The notes under the pieces: model-generated | Told to the model about the DNA's origin: nothing | Databases searched by the model: none | The model's input: only the letters and a program-made list of their open reading frames with translations | Source: Mogibacterium sp. | GTDB taxonomy: Bacteria; Bacillota; Clostridia; Peptostreptococcales; Anaerovoracaceae | Direction of reading: 5' to 3' | NCBI GenBank assembly: GCA_024403055.1 | Contig: JAKSSO010000001.1 | Coordinates: 13,478 to 77,477 of the forward strand | DNA: 64,000 nucleotides | Part shown: in pieces, positions 20,380 to 31,435 of the stretch | Layout: each line of letters begins with the position of its first letter | Numbering within the stretch: position 1 is the stretch's first letter | Program-made: the position numbers and the translations under genes

Positions 20380-22344
20380 ATGGTAATAATGTCTGCAAGT
20401 GATATAAATAAGGTATATGGAACTGACATCGTCCTGGAGGGTGTCAGTTTTAGTGTGGAGAAAGGTGACAGAATAGGCATAGTAGGGCCGAACGGCGCGG
20501 GAAAAACGACCCTGCTGAGCATTCTTGCGGGTTCGCTTGAACCTTCTTCGGGAAACTGCTATATCAGAAATGAATACTCCATGGGATATCTCAAGCAGAA
20601 GAATATTTTCTTTGAGAAAGGTACAGTTATCAGTGAGGCGGAGAAAAGCTTCACTGCTCTGTATGAGATGGAGAAGGAACTTGAAAGCCTGCAGGAAAAA
20701 ATCTCTGATCCTGATAGTCTGAGCTTTGAAAAGGATCTTGAGCGATTCACCAATCTGAATGAGGAGTACGAGAAAGCCGGTGGATTTACATACAAAAGCG
20801 AACTGAATGCTGTTCTCAGGAACATGGGATTCGGAGAGGAAGACAGAAACAAAAAGATCGAGACCCTTTCCGGCGGAGAGAGGACAAGACTGGCGCTGGC
20901 GTGCATGCTGCTGAGAAAGCCGGACATCCTGATGCTGGACGAGCCGACCAACCATCTCGATCTGCGCATGCTGAACTGGCTGGAGACATATCTGAAGTCT
21001 TATCAGGGAACTATTCTGGTCGTATCCCATGACAGATATTTCCTCGATAAACTGGTGAACAGGATATTTGATCTGCAGGGCGGAACATTGACTGACTATC
21101 GTGGAAACTACAGCGAATTCCTCGTAAAGAAAGCTGAACGTCTTGAAGTGATGAGACGCGAATATGAGAAACAGCAGAAGGAGATCGCCCGTCAGGAGGA
21201 GATAATCCGCAGATTCAAACAGCACAATACCGAGCATCTTGTTAAAAGAGCACAGTCCAGAGAAAAACAGCTGGCTCACATGGAGCTGGTCGAAAAACCT
21301 CAGCTCAAGACTGAAAAGATGAAGCTCGGATTCAATCAGAATTTCAAGAGCGGTAATGATGTAATCATTGCCGAAGATCTTAAAAAATCCTTTGGTGAGA
21401 GAACGCTCTTCCAAAACGTGTCTGTTGACATTAAGAAGGGCGAACGCATCTGCATTATCGGAGATAACGGCATCGGCAAGACTACGCTTCTCAGAATGCT
21501 TATCGGACAGGAGAAGGCTGACGAAGGATATTTGAAGATAGGATATAATGTTGATTTCGGATATTATGATCAGGGGCAGCGACTTCTGAATGACAAAGAG
21601 ACTGTACTGGGAGAAATGAAGAACGCATATCATCTTTATACTGACACAGAGATGAGATCGCTTCTCGGAAGATTTCTGTTCACAGGAGATGATGTATTCA
21701 AGATGGTCGCAAGCCTTTCCGGCGGCGAGAAGGCCAAGCTCTCATTGCTCAAGCTTATGCTGTCGGGTGCCAACACACTGGTTCTCGATGAACCGACCAA
21801 CCACCTGGACATCGAGTCCAAAGAGGTCGTTGAAGATGCGATGATGGAATTCGAGGGAACACTTATCATAGTTTCCCATGACAGATATCTGCTGAGCAGG
21901 ATACCTGACAGGATACTGGAACTGACGCCAGAAGGAATAGTTGAATATAAGGGTAAGTTCGATTACTATCTGGAGAAAACTCAGCAGAATGCTGAAACAG
22001 CACCTTCTGATACAGCCAGAAGTCTCGCCGGTAAATTTGCATCCGGTGGCGACAGGAAGCAGAGTTCTGAGCTTGACGTTACACTTAATGAGGTAAGATC
22101 AGCAGAAGCAGAACGTCAGGCAAGAAAAGCCAGAGAGGCAGAAGAGAGAAGACGCTCCAGAGCGACTGATGACATAGAGTCCAGAATACATGAGCTGGAA
22201 GGGCTGATAGCTGATATCGGTTCTGAAATGCTCAAGGAAGAGAATGTCCTGAATTTCGAATGGATGCAGGAACAGTCCGAACTCATGGCTCAGTATGAGG
22301 AAGAGGTCTCGCAGCTCTACGACAAGTGGATGGAGCTGCAGTAG
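20380..22344 (+). CDS. ABC-F family ATPase (two NBDs, no TMD, C-terminal coiled coil; Uup-like)
   Basis: Two Walker A motifs (GPNGAGKTT, GDNGIGKTT), two LSGGE signatures, an Arg/Lys-rich inter-domain linker and an Arg/Glu-rich C-terminal tail. Confidence 0.9.
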   Translation: MVIMSASDINKVYGTDIVLEGVSFSVEKGDRIGIVGPNGAGKTTLLSILAGSLEPSSGNCYIRNEYSMGYLKQKNIFFEKGTVISEAEKSFTALYEMEKELESLQEKISDPDSLSFEKDLERFTNLNEEYEKAGGFTYKSELNAVLRNMGFGEEDRNKKIETLSGGERTRLALACMLLRKPDILMLDEPTNHLDLRMLNWLETYLKSYQGTILVVSHDRYFLDKLVNRIFDLQGGTLTDYRGNYSEFLVKKAERLEVMRREYEKQQKEIARQEEIIRRFKQHNTEHLVKRAQSREKQLAHMELVEKPQLKTEKMKLGFNQNFKSGNDVIIAEDLKKSFGERTLFQNVSVDIKKGERICIIGDNGIGKTTLLRMLIGQEKADEGYLKIGYNVDFGYYDQGQRLLNDKETVLGEMKNAYHLYTDTEMRSLLGRFLFTGDDVFKMVASLSGGEKAKLSLLKLMLSGANTLVLDEPTNHLDIESKEVVEDAMMEFEGTLIIVSHDRYLLSRIPDRILELTPEGIVEYKGKFDYYLEKTQQNAETAPSDTARSLAGKFASGGDRKQSSELDVTLNEVRSAEAERQARKAREAEERRRSRATDDIESRIHELEGLIADIGSEMLKEENVLNFEWMQEQSELMAQYEEEVSQLYDKWMELQ

Positions 22345-22412
22345 CAGCCTGCATGTGCATTTAACGAATTGTTAAAAAAACAAACAATATTGTTAAAAAC
22401 TTGCATAGGATG

Positions 22413-22441
22413 TTGAAAATGCCCATAAACAGATTTATAAT
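22413..22441 (+). promoter_or_regulatory. Putative sigma-A promoter of acpP-rex
   Basis: TTGAAA (22413-22418), 17-nt spacer, TATAAT (22436-22441). Confidence 0.55.
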
Positions 22442-22475
22442 TTAGGCACATATTTTTGCTGGAAGGAGTACAAAC

Positions 22476-22703
22476 ATGATATTTGATACTGTTAAGAAAA
22501 TAATTGTTGAGCAGCTGGACGTAGATGCAGATGCAGTTACCATGGATGCAGAGATAATGAAAGACCTTGAAGCTGATTCTCTTGACGCTGTAGAGATCAT
22601 TCTGGCAGTCGAAGAAGAATACGGCATCGAGATACCTGATGAAGATGCTGAAAAGCTTTCATCGATCGCGGACATTGTTAACTATATTGAAGAGCATAAA
22701 TAA
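22476..22703 (+). CDS. acpP: Acyl carrier protein
   Basis: 75 aa and acidic, with the phosphopantetheine attachment motif [11 protein letters not shown]. Confidence 0.9.
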   Translation: MIFDTVKKIIVEQLDVDADAVTMDAEIMKDLEADSLDAVEIILAVEEEYGIEIPDEDAEKLSSIADIVNYIEEHK

Positions 22704-22725
22704 AAATTCAAACGGAGATAAGAAG

Positions 22726-23367
22726 ATGAACAAACCTAAAGTATCTAATGCGATCATAAGAAGACTCCCGAGATACAGAAGATATCTCGGATATCTGCAG
22801 ACAAAGGGAATTAAGAAAGTTTCATCAAATGAACTTAGCGAGCTTATCGGATATACAGCATCCCAGATAAGACAGGATTTTAATACCTTTGGAGAATTTG
22901 GACAGCAGGGATACGGATACAGCGTTGACTACCTCTACAAGGAGATAAACAAGATCCTTGGACTTGACAGAGAGTACAAGACTGTTGTAGTAGGTTGCGG
23001 TCATCTTGGACAGGCTATCACCAACTATACATATTATTACAAGATCGGATTTAACATCATGGGTCTCTTTGATGTTAACCAGGATATTATCGGTAAAGTG
23101 ATCAATGATGTTGAGATCATGGATTCTTCCGAGCTGAAAGACTTTGTCACAAGAGAGGGCGTTGATATCGGTATCATCTGTGTAAACAGAGAGAACGCAC
23201 AGGCTGTCGCAGATACTTTGGTTGAAGGCGGTGTAAAGGGAATATGGAATTTCGCACCGATCGACATTGACATACCAAAAGACGTTGCTCTTGAATCGGT
23301 TCATCTGTCGGACAGCTTGCATGCTTTGTCTTTTATGATCAAAAGTCTGAATGAAAAGGAACAGTAA
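22726..23367 (+). CDS. rex: Redox-sensing transcriptional repressor Rex
   Basis: IRRLPRYRRYL winged-helix N-terminus and Rossmann motif VVVGCGHLGQA. ATG 22726 lies after the acpP stop; the ORF-track start 22639 overlaps acpP. Confidence 0.95.
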   Translation: MNKPKVSNAIIRRLPRYRRYLGYLQTKGIKKVSSNELSELIGYTASQIRQDFNTFGEFGQQGYGYSVDYLYKEINKILGLDREYKTVVVGCGHLGQAITNYTYYYKIGFNIMGLFDVNQDIIGKVINDVEIMDSSELKDFVTREGVDIGIICVNRENAQAVADTLVEGGVKGIWNFAPIDIDIPKDVALESVHLSDSLHALSFMIKSLNEKEQ

Positions 23368-23376
23368 GTAATAAAC

Positions 23377-23408
23377 AAAAGTCCCGCAGCAATGCTACGG
23401 GACTTTTG
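23377..23408. terminator. Bidirectional terminator between rex (+) and ferredoxin (-)
   Basis: AAAAGTCCCG / CGGGACTTTT stem flanked by an A-run and a T-run. Confidence 0.8.
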
Positions 23409-23439
23409 TTAAATCATGCATGAATAATCTGTATGTGAA

Positions 23440-23607
23440 TTACTCCTGAGCTGGTGCTCCAACTGGGCAGTTTCCTGCACAAGCGCCACAATCAATGCAT
23501 GTGTCAGCATCGATAACGTAAGGTGAACCCTCAGAGATAGCCTCTACTGGGCAGTTGTCCTTGCAAACTCCGCATCCGATGCAATCTTCAGAAATCTTGT
23601 AAGCCAT
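23440..23607 (-). CDS. fdx: Clostridial-type 2x[4Fe-4S] ferredoxin
   Basis: MAYKISEDCIGCGVCKDNCP...CIDCGACAGNCP. AGGAGG upstream of the ATG at 23607. Confidence 0.93.
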   Translation of the reverse strand: MAYKISEDCIGCGVCKDNCPVEAISEGSPYVIDADTCIDCGACAGNCPVGAPAQE

Positions 23608-23672
23608 GATGTTCCTCCTTCTCACAATATTTTTACAACGAGATTATAACACCTGAAAAAACAATTGTAAAC

Positions 23673-24509
23673 ATGAGGATAGTATCTTTTACAGGCAAGA
23701 GTGGTACGGGAAAAAGCTATCAGGCTACAGCTATTTCCCAATCACGCAATATTGATGCAATAATAGATGACGGGCTTCTTATCTACAAGGGACAGATAGT
23801 TGCCGGTACATCTGCAAAGAAATGCGTATCAAAAGCGGCAGCAATGCGGACCGCTTTGTTTAATTATGAGGATCATCGGGCTTCAGTCAGAAACGCCCTG
23901 GTAAAATATCATCCTGAATCACTCATGATAATCGGGACTTCCGACAGAATGACAAACATCATCGCAGAGACACTCGGTCTGCATATGCCGGATGAGAGAA
24001 TATACATAGAAGACGTAACTACAGAAGAAGAGCGCAATGAAGCTGCTATCTCCAGAGGGAAAATGGGAGAACATGTTATTCCCGCCCCGATGGGACAGCT
24101 CAAGAGAGATTTCTCGGGTTATTTTATCAACCCGATCAAGTATATCCGTGACAGAGCCCTGGGAAATACTGTTCGGCCTCAGCAGGGACCATCGAACGAT
24201 GAGCCTGATGACAGAACGGTCGTAAGGCCGCAATACAGCTACCTGGGCTTGTTCAGCATATCAGAAAAGGCACTCAGGGACATTGTAGAGATCACTTCCG
24301 ACAGATATGCAGGAAGGCTTGAAGTTCTTGATCGCATCGATAACGGCAAGCAGGAGAACATGATACTGACTATAGATGTCAGAGTACCGTTCAACTGCAA
24401 TGCAGTAAAATTGTGCACGGATTTTCAACAGGATGTGTATGACGCAATCGCCGAAATGACCGCATTCACGATCTCAAGTCTGAATATCAGGATCAGAGAG
24501 ATGTACTGA
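23673..24509 (+). CDS. Hypothetical fusion protein: N-terminal P-loop NTPase-like region plus C-terminal Asp23/Gls24-like domain
   Basis: Walker A GKSGTGKS at residues 8-15. The C-terminal ~90 aa (ISEKALRDIVEIT...VKLCTDFQQDVYDAIAEMTAFTISSLNIRIREM) resembles Asp23-family alkaline-shock proteins. Confidence 0.55.
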   Translation: MRIVSFTGKSGTGKSYQATAISQSRNIDAIIDDGLLIYKGQIVAGTSAKKCVSKAAAMRTALFNYEDHRASVRNALVKYHPESLMIIGTSDRMTNIIAETLGLHMPDERIYIEDVTTEEERNEAAISRGKMGEHVIPAPMGQLKRDFSGYFINPIKYIRDRALGNTVRPQQGPSNDEPDDRTVVRPQYSYLGLFSISEKALRDIVEITSDRYAGRLEVLDRIDNGKQENMILTIDVRVPFNCNAVKLCTDFQQDVYDAIAEMTAFTISSLNIRIREMY

Positions 24510-24521
24510 TTGGAGAATTGA

Positions 24522-25352
24522 TTGCTGATGAAAAAAATCAATGCCATAAGAATTGAAAACGTATATGACTTTGATACTGTTCACATTTTCGAATGTGGAC
24601 AGTGTTTCAGGTGGAACAAGGAGGATGATGCATATGTAGGTGTGGTATCCGGCCATGTGTGCAAAGCGGAATATGATGCTTCTGCAGCTGTTCTGACGCT
24701 GGAGACGACAGGCGGAGATGAGTCTTTCTGGAGAAATTACTTTGACCTCGCGACCGATTACTCTGAGATCAGAAAAACGCTTGCTGAAGCGGAACCGGGC
24801 ACCACAGCTGCGCTGGAGTACGGACATGGAATAAGGATACTCAATCAGGATCCATTCGAAATACTTATCTCATTCATAATATCCCAGAACAATAATATCC
24901 CGCGAATCAAGAAAAACATTGAAGCATTGTCAGCAAAATATGGAGAAGAGATCGGAGAATGCTTCGGGACGACGAGATGCGCTTTCCCGGAACCTGAAGC
25001 TCTTGCTTCTGCAGAACTGCCGGATCTTGCAGAACTCAGACTGGGATATCGTGCCGAATACATCAAAGCAGCTGCTGCAAGATTCCTGGAGGAGGGAGCG
25101 CCTGAGACTTATGAGCAGGTGATAGCTTATCTGGGCATTGGTCCCAAAGTGGCTAACTGCATAATGCTGTTCGGACATCGTAAGGTGGATGCGTTCCCGG
25201 TGGATACATGGGTAAAGCACATCATGAATGACATGTACGGCTTTAATGAAAGCGATGTCAGGGGCATGACACAATTCGCGGAGGAACATTTCGGCAGATA
25301 TGCCGGGTATGCGCAGCAGTATCTGTTCTACTATTACAGAGACCGCAGATGA
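24522..25352 (+). CDS. ogg: 8-oxoguanine DNA glycosylase (OGG1-type, HhH-GPD)
   Basis: N-terminal FECGQCFRW and HhH-GPD region GIGPKVANCIMLFG...FPVDTWV. Confidence 0.85.
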   Translation: MLMKKINAIRIENVYDFDTVHIFECGQCFRWNKEDDAYVGVVSGHVCKAEYDASAAVLTLETTGGDESFWRNYFDLATDYSEIRKTLAEAEPGTTAALEYGHGIRILNQDPFEILISFIISQNNNIPRIKKNIEALSAKYGEEIGECFGTTRCAFPEPEALASAELPDLAELRLGYRAEYIKAAAARFLEEGAPETYEQVIAYLGIGPKVANCIMLFGHRKVDAFPVDTWVKHIMNDMYGFNESDVRGMTQFAEEHFGRYAGYAQQYLFYYYRDRR

Positions 25353-25389
25353 CAGACCCCTATTATGTTGATTTCTTCACATAATTGTG

Positions 25390-25418
25390 TTGACATGAAG
25401 CAAGGTAATGACTAAAAT
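25390..25418 (+). promoter_or_regulatory. Sigma-A promoter of groES-groEL
   Basis: TTGACA (25390-25395), 17-nt spacer, TAAAAT (25413-25418). Confidence 0.7.
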
Positions 25419-25432
25419 AGCAATTGTAACAT

Positions 25433-25459
25433 TTGGCACTCAAACGTTAAGAGTGCTAA
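25433..25459 (+). promoter_or_regulatory. CIRCE operator (HrcA binding site)
   Basis: TTGGCACTC-N9-GAGTGCTAA against the consensus TTAGCACTC-N9-GAGTGCTAA (one substitution), between the promoter and groES. Confidence 0.9.
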
Positions 25460-25476
25460 CAAAAGGAGGCTAAATT

Positions 25477-25758
25477 ATGGCAATTGGAATCAGACCGCTT
25501 GGTGCAAGAGTAGTTATCAAGAAGATGGATGCACTGGAGAAGACCGAGGGAGGACTTATCCTGTCCGGAGCTGCTAAGGAGAAGCCACAGGAAGCAGAAG
25601 TTCTTGCTGTAGGTCCGGGAACTGAGGATGAAAAGATGGAACTCAAGGTCGGTGATATCGTTGTATTCAGCAAATACGGCGGAAGCGATCTTAAATATAA
25701 AGGCGAGGAATACACTGTTATCAGTCAGAAGGACATCCTCGCAGTAATTGAAAAATAG
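25477..25758 (+). CDS. groES: Co-chaperonin GroES
   Basis: IRPLGARVVIKK...EKTEGGLIL, 93 aa. Confidence 0.98.
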   Translation: MAIGIRPLGARVVIKKMDALEKTEGGLILSGAAKEKPQEAEVLAVGPGTEDEKMELKVGDIVVFSKYGGSDLKYKGEEYTVISQKDILAVIEK

Positions 25759-25769
25759 GAGGCATTTGA

Positions 25770-27389
<1,620 letters not shown>

Positions 27390-27445
27390 AACAGTTCTCA
27401 TAAATAGATTTAATGATGACAAAAGTTAGACGTGACTAACTTTCG

Positions 27446-27493
27446 AATCAGTGTTATACTTTCGAAATAGAAATTATAACACTGATTTTTTTT
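27446..27493 (+). terminator. groESL rho-independent terminator
   Basis: 13-bp perfect stem AATCAGTGTTATA (27446-27458) / TATAACACTGATT (27475-27487) followed by a T-run. Confidence 0.8.
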
Positions 27494-27512
27494 ATTTATG
27501 AAGAGGTGAATA

Positions 27513-29015
27513 ATGGCAACAATTCTTAAAGAACCATCAAGAACTTTTAACGAATATTTACTTATTCCGGGTTATTCCAGTGCGGATGCAAGACCTGAGA
27601 ATGTTTCACTAAAGACACCTGTTGTAAAGTTTAAGAAGGGTGAGGAACCGGCTCTCAGCATGAACATTCCTCTCACTTCTGCAGTAATGCAGGCTGTATC
27701 TGATGACGGGATGGCAGTTGCACTTGCCAAGGAAGGCGGAATAGCTTTTATTTTCGGATCACAGTCGATCGAGAGCCAGGCTGCCATGGTAAGAAGAGCA
27801 AAGAACCACAAGGCAGGATTCATACCTAGTGACTCTAATCTGAGACCTGATCAGACACTTCAGGATGTTGTTGACCTGAAAAAACTTAAGGGACATTCTA
27901 CAATCGCTATCACAGAAGACGGAACAGCAGAAGGAAAGCTCTGCGGTATCGTTACTTCCAAGGACTACAGGATCAGCAGAATGTCAATGGATACTCCTAT
28001 CAGCGAGTTCATGACTCCATTTGACAAGATGTTCTACGGCAAGGAAGGCATCACTCTTTCAGAGGCAAATGATATCATCTGGGATAACAAGATCAATCAG
28101 CTGCCTATCGTAGACGAAAATCAGAGACTGACAGCATTTGTATTCCGTAAGGACTATGATTCTCACAAAGAGCATCCGGACGAGCTGCTGGATGAGGATA
28201 AGAGATTCATCGTAGGTGCGGGAATCAACACAAGGGACTATGAAGAAAGAATCCCTGCACTGCTGGATGCAGGTGTAGATATCATGACTATCGACTCTTC
28301 TGAAGGCTATTCGGAATGGCAGGCAAGAACCATCAAATGGGTAAGAGATAATTACGGTGATACCGTAAAGATCGGTGCAGGCAACGTCGTTGATGCTGAG
28401 GGATTCAATTTCCTCGCAGAGTGCGGAGCCGACTTCATCAAGATCGGTATCGGCGGCGGCTCTATCTGCATCACAAGAGAGCAGAAGGGTATCGGAAGAG
28501 GTCAGGCAAGTGCCGTTATCGAAGTGGCACAGGCAAGAGACGAATACTACAAGAAGACAGGCGTATACATTCCTATCTGCTCAGACGGCGGAATCGTATA
28601 TGACTATCACATGACACTGGCACTGGCAATGGGCGCAGACTTCATCATGCTCGGAAGATACTTCGCAAGATTTGATGAGTCTCCATCAGAAAAGCTCATG
28701 GTAAACGGAACTTTCGTTAAGGAATACTGGGGTGAGGGTTCTGCAAGAGCTCGTAACTGGCAGAGATATGACCTCGGCGGAGATGCAAAGCTCAAGTTCG
28801 AGGAAGGAGTTGACTCATACGTGCCTTATGCAGGATCACTGCACGACGGAGTCCAGATGTCATTAAACAAAGTTAAATCAACAATGTGCAATTGCGGAGT
28901 TACTAACATCGCAGATCTCCACAAGAATGCTAAATTGACGCTTGTATCAGCAACAAGTATCGTAGAAGGCGGGGCTCATGATGTAATGCTCAGGGGCACA
29001 ACACCGGTAAGATAA
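27513..29015 (+). CDS. guaB: IMP dehydrogenase
   Basis: Catalytic loop [12 protein letters not shown] with a CBS pair inserted in the TIM barrel. Confidence 0.97.
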   Translation: MATILKEPSRTFNEYLLIPGYSSADARPENVSLKTPVVKFKKGEEPALSMNIPLTSAVMQAVSDDGMAVALAKEGGIAFIFGSQSIESQAAMVRRAKNHKAGFIPSDSNLRPDQTLQDVVDLKKLKGHSTIAITEDGTAEGKLCGIVTSKDYRISRMSMDTPISEFMTPFDKMFYGKEGITLSEANDIIWDNKINQLPIVDENQRLTAFVFRKDYDSHKEHPDELLDEDKRFIVGAGINTRDYEERIPALLDAGVDIMTIDSSEGYSEWQARTIKWVRDNYGDTVKIGAGNVVDAEGFNFLAECGADFIKIGIGGGSICITREQKGIGRGQASAVIEVAQARDEYYKKTGVYIPICSDGGIVYDYHMTLALAMGADFIMLGRYFARFDESPSEKLMVNGTFVKEYWGEGSARARNWQRYDLGGDAKLKFEEGVDSYVPYAGSLHDGVQMSLNKVKSTMCNCGVTNIADLHKNAKLTLVSATSIVEGGAHDVMLRGTTPVR

Positions 29016-29039
29016 TTATCTCAGACAGAGGAGAAATAA

Positions 29040-30590
29040 ATGAAAAATAAAATTCTTGTTATAGACTTTGGCGGCCAGTACAATCAGCTGATTGCACGTA
29101 GGGTCAGAGAATGCAATGTCTACAGTGAAATCTATTCATACAGGATCGGCGTAGATAAGATCCGTGAGATGGACCCTAAGGGAATCATCCTCACAGGCGG
29201 CCCTAACAGCTGCTATCTCGAGGGAGCACCTCAGCTTGGCAGAGAGCTCTTTGAGATGGGGATTCCTGTACTCGGACTCTGCTACGGCGCACAGATGATG
29301 CAGTATGTAATGGGCGGAAATGTAGGTGTCGCTCCGATCAGAGAGTATGGTAAGACCAGGACCTGCTTCAATACAGAGTCACCACTGTTCAAAGGTCTTC
29401 CTGAGGAGAGCATCGTGTGGATGAGTCACACGGATTACATCTCGGAGCTCGCACCGGGATTTGAAATCGTTGCTCACACGGCTGACTGCCCTGTTGCAGC
29501 CTGCCAGAACAAGGACATGGGCCTTTATGCGATCCAGTTCCACCCTGAGGTTCTTCATACAGAATACGGCAAGCAGATCCTCAGCAATTTCATTCTTAAT
29601 ATTTGTGCCTGCGAGCCTGACTGGAGAATGGATTCATTCGTTGAGGATTCGATCGCTGCAATCAGAGAGAAAGTTGGAGACGGCAAGGTCCTCCTCGCTC
29701 TTTCAGGCGGTGTTGATTCTTCAGTAGCAGCAGGTCTGCTTTCAAGAGCTATCGGAAACCAGCTTACATGCGTATTCGTAGACCACGGTCTCATGCGTAA
29801 AAACGAGGGCGATGAGGTAGAAGCAGTATTCGGACCGGAAGGCAATTTCGACCTCAACTTTATTAGAGTAAATGCAGCTGAAAGATATTATGCTAAGCTT
29901 GCAGGTGTAACTGAGCCTGAGCAAAAGCGTAAAATTATCGGTGAAGAGTTCATCAGGATATTCGAGGAGGAGTCCAAGAAGATCGGTGCCGTGGATTTCC
30001 TTGCTCAGGGAACGATTTACCCGGATGTTGTAGAGTCCGGACTCGGCGGCGAGTCAGCTGTGATCAAGTCGCACCACAATGTAGGCGGACTTCCTGATTT
30101 CGTAGACTTCAAGGAGATCATAGAGCCTCTTAGAGATCTCTTCAAGGATGAGGTTCGTAAGGTCGGCCTGGAGCTTGGCCTTCCGACTGAGCTTGTATTC
30201 AGACAGCCATTCCCGGGCCCTGGGCTTGGTATCAGGATTATCGGTGAGGTAAATGGCGACAAGGTCAAAATCATTCAGGATGCAGACTTCATCTACAGAG
30301 AAGAGATCGCAAAGGCTGTAAAAGAAGGTGTCATGGAGGAGCCTAACCAGTACTTCGCAGCTCTCACAAACACGAGATCTGTCGGCGTAATGGGTGACTA
30401 CAGAACCTACGACTACGCGATCGCACTCAGAGCCGTAAAGACGATCGACTTCATGACTGCAGAGGCTGCAGACATTCCTGCAAGTGTGCTTCAGAAGGTA
30501 ATGTCAAGGATCATCAACGAGGTTAACGGAGTTAACAGAGTATTCTATGATATTACGAGCAAGCCGCCTGGGACCATAGAGATGGAATAG
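29040..30590 (+). CDS. guaA: GMP synthase (glutamine-hydrolysing)
   Basis: GATase [10 protein letters not shown]-loop SGGVDSS, C-terminal KPPGTIEME. Confidence 0.98.
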   Translation: MKNKILVIDFGGQYNQLIARRVRECNVYSEIYSYRIGVDKIREMDPKGIILTGGPNSCYLEGAPQLGRELFEMGIPVLGLCYGAQMMQYVMGGNVGVAPIREYGKTRTCFNTESPLFKGLPEESIVWMSHTDYISELAPGFEIVAHTADCPVAACQNKDMGLYAIQFHPEVLHTEYGKQILSNFILNICACEPDWRMDSFVEDSIAAIREKVGDGKVLLALSGGVDSSVAAGLLSRAIGNQLTCVFVDHGLMRKNEGDEVEAVFGPEGNFDLNFIRVNAAERYYAKLAGVTEPEQKRKIIGEEFIRIFEEESKKIGAVDFLAQGTIYPDVVESGLGGESAVIKSHHNVGGLPDFVDFKEIIEPLRDLFKDEVRKVGLELGLPTELVFRQPFPGPGLGIRIIGEVNGDKVKIIQDADFIYREEIAKAVKEGVMEEPNQYFAALTNTRSVGVMGDYRTYDYAIALRAVKTIDFMTAEAADIPASVLQKVMSRIINEVNGVNRVFYDITSKPPGTIEME

Positions 30591-30640
30591 GTCCAGCTGG
30601 TTTGCAGGTTGATCTACAATTATCAATAATAAAGTCTTTA

Positions 30641-30670
30641 AGGCACTCTCGAAAGAGGGTGCCCTTTACT
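30641..30670 (+). terminator. guaA terminator
   Basis: GGCACTCTC / GAGGGTGCC stem (one G-U), GAAA loop, weak T-rich tail. Confidence 0.6.
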
Positions 30671-30803
30671 TAAGATCCTTCTGTATTTCTAATATCATCA
30701 TGGAATTATATAAAATGAAAAAACAGTGCATATATGCATACAGGAACCGTCAGATTGTATATAATATAGTATGTATTTTAGAATAATGAAGTTTAGAGGA
30801 GCT

Positions 30804-31433
30804 ATGAACACAACATTCGGTAATCTCAAAATGAACTGGCCTCGTGTGATAGCATTTGCTGTAGTGGCTGCAATATATACAGGCGTAATAATGACGATAC
30901 CGGCACTCACCGGGACATCCTTCCAGGACATAGGCATCGGTTATGAGTGGTGGATAATTTTTGCTGTGATCATTACTGTGAATTGTGAGGACGCGTTTGA
31001 GGCAGCATTAAAGTGTTTCATGTTCTTTCTGCTCAGCCAGCCGCTTATCTATCTTGTGGAAGTAGCTCTGGGGCATATAAGCATTGATAATGCTGTTGAG
31101 TATTATACCCAGTTCTGGTTCGGGATGACACAACTGACTCTTCCGGGAGGGTTCATTGCATTCTTCAGCAAGAAGCAGAATGCCCTTGGCGCGAGTGTTC
31201 TCGGTGTGGGCTGCGGCATGGAACTCTTGATGGGGATCACGTATGCGATACAGGCAATGAGAGACATGCCTCATCATCTGTTGAGTGCAGGCGCCAGCAT
31301 CGCGATCGCAATTATAATGATATGGGGAATTCAGAGAGAGAAGAAGAATAGAATTATCTGCATGGCTGTACCGATCGTACTGCTGGCACTTGTGCTGGTA
31401 TGCCTGAAAATTACGGGACGTGTTATAATATAG
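30804..31433 (+). CDS. Hypothetical polytopic membrane protein (~6 TM)
   Basis: GAGGAG upstream of ATG 30804. Multiple hydrophobic helices and no recognisable family. Confidence 0.6.
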   Translation: MNTTFGNLKMNWPRVIAFAVVAAIYTGVIMTIPALTGTSFQDIGIGYEWWIIFAVIITVNCEDAFEAALKCFMFFLLSQPLIYLVEVALGHISIDNAVEYYTQFWFGMTQLTLPGGFIAFFSKKQNALGASVLGVGCGMELLMGITYAIQAMRDMPHHLLSAGASIAIAIIMIWGIQREKKNRIICMAVPIVLLALVLVCLKITGRVII

Positions 31434-31435
31434 TT

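Noticed and set aside
20347-21633. 428-aa ORF on the minus strand
   Set aside because: It lies entirely antisense to the well-supported ABC-F ATPase gene. The sequence is low-complexity and Leu/Ser/Phe-rich with no motifs, which is a typical shadow ORF.
22369-22395. Rex operator upstream of acpP-rex (TTGTTAAAAAAACAAACAA and the palindrome AACAATATTGTT)
   Set aside because: The half-sites resemble the clostridial Rex box TTGTTAA-N4-TTAACAA, but the spacing is off by one and the right arm matches only 5 of 7. This is not strong enough to call without a PWM scan.
27390-27512. Possible purine/guanine riboswitch upstream of guaB
   Set aside because: Only ~120 nt are available, and most of that is the groEL terminator hairpin plus T-run. 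I see no three-way-junction signature.
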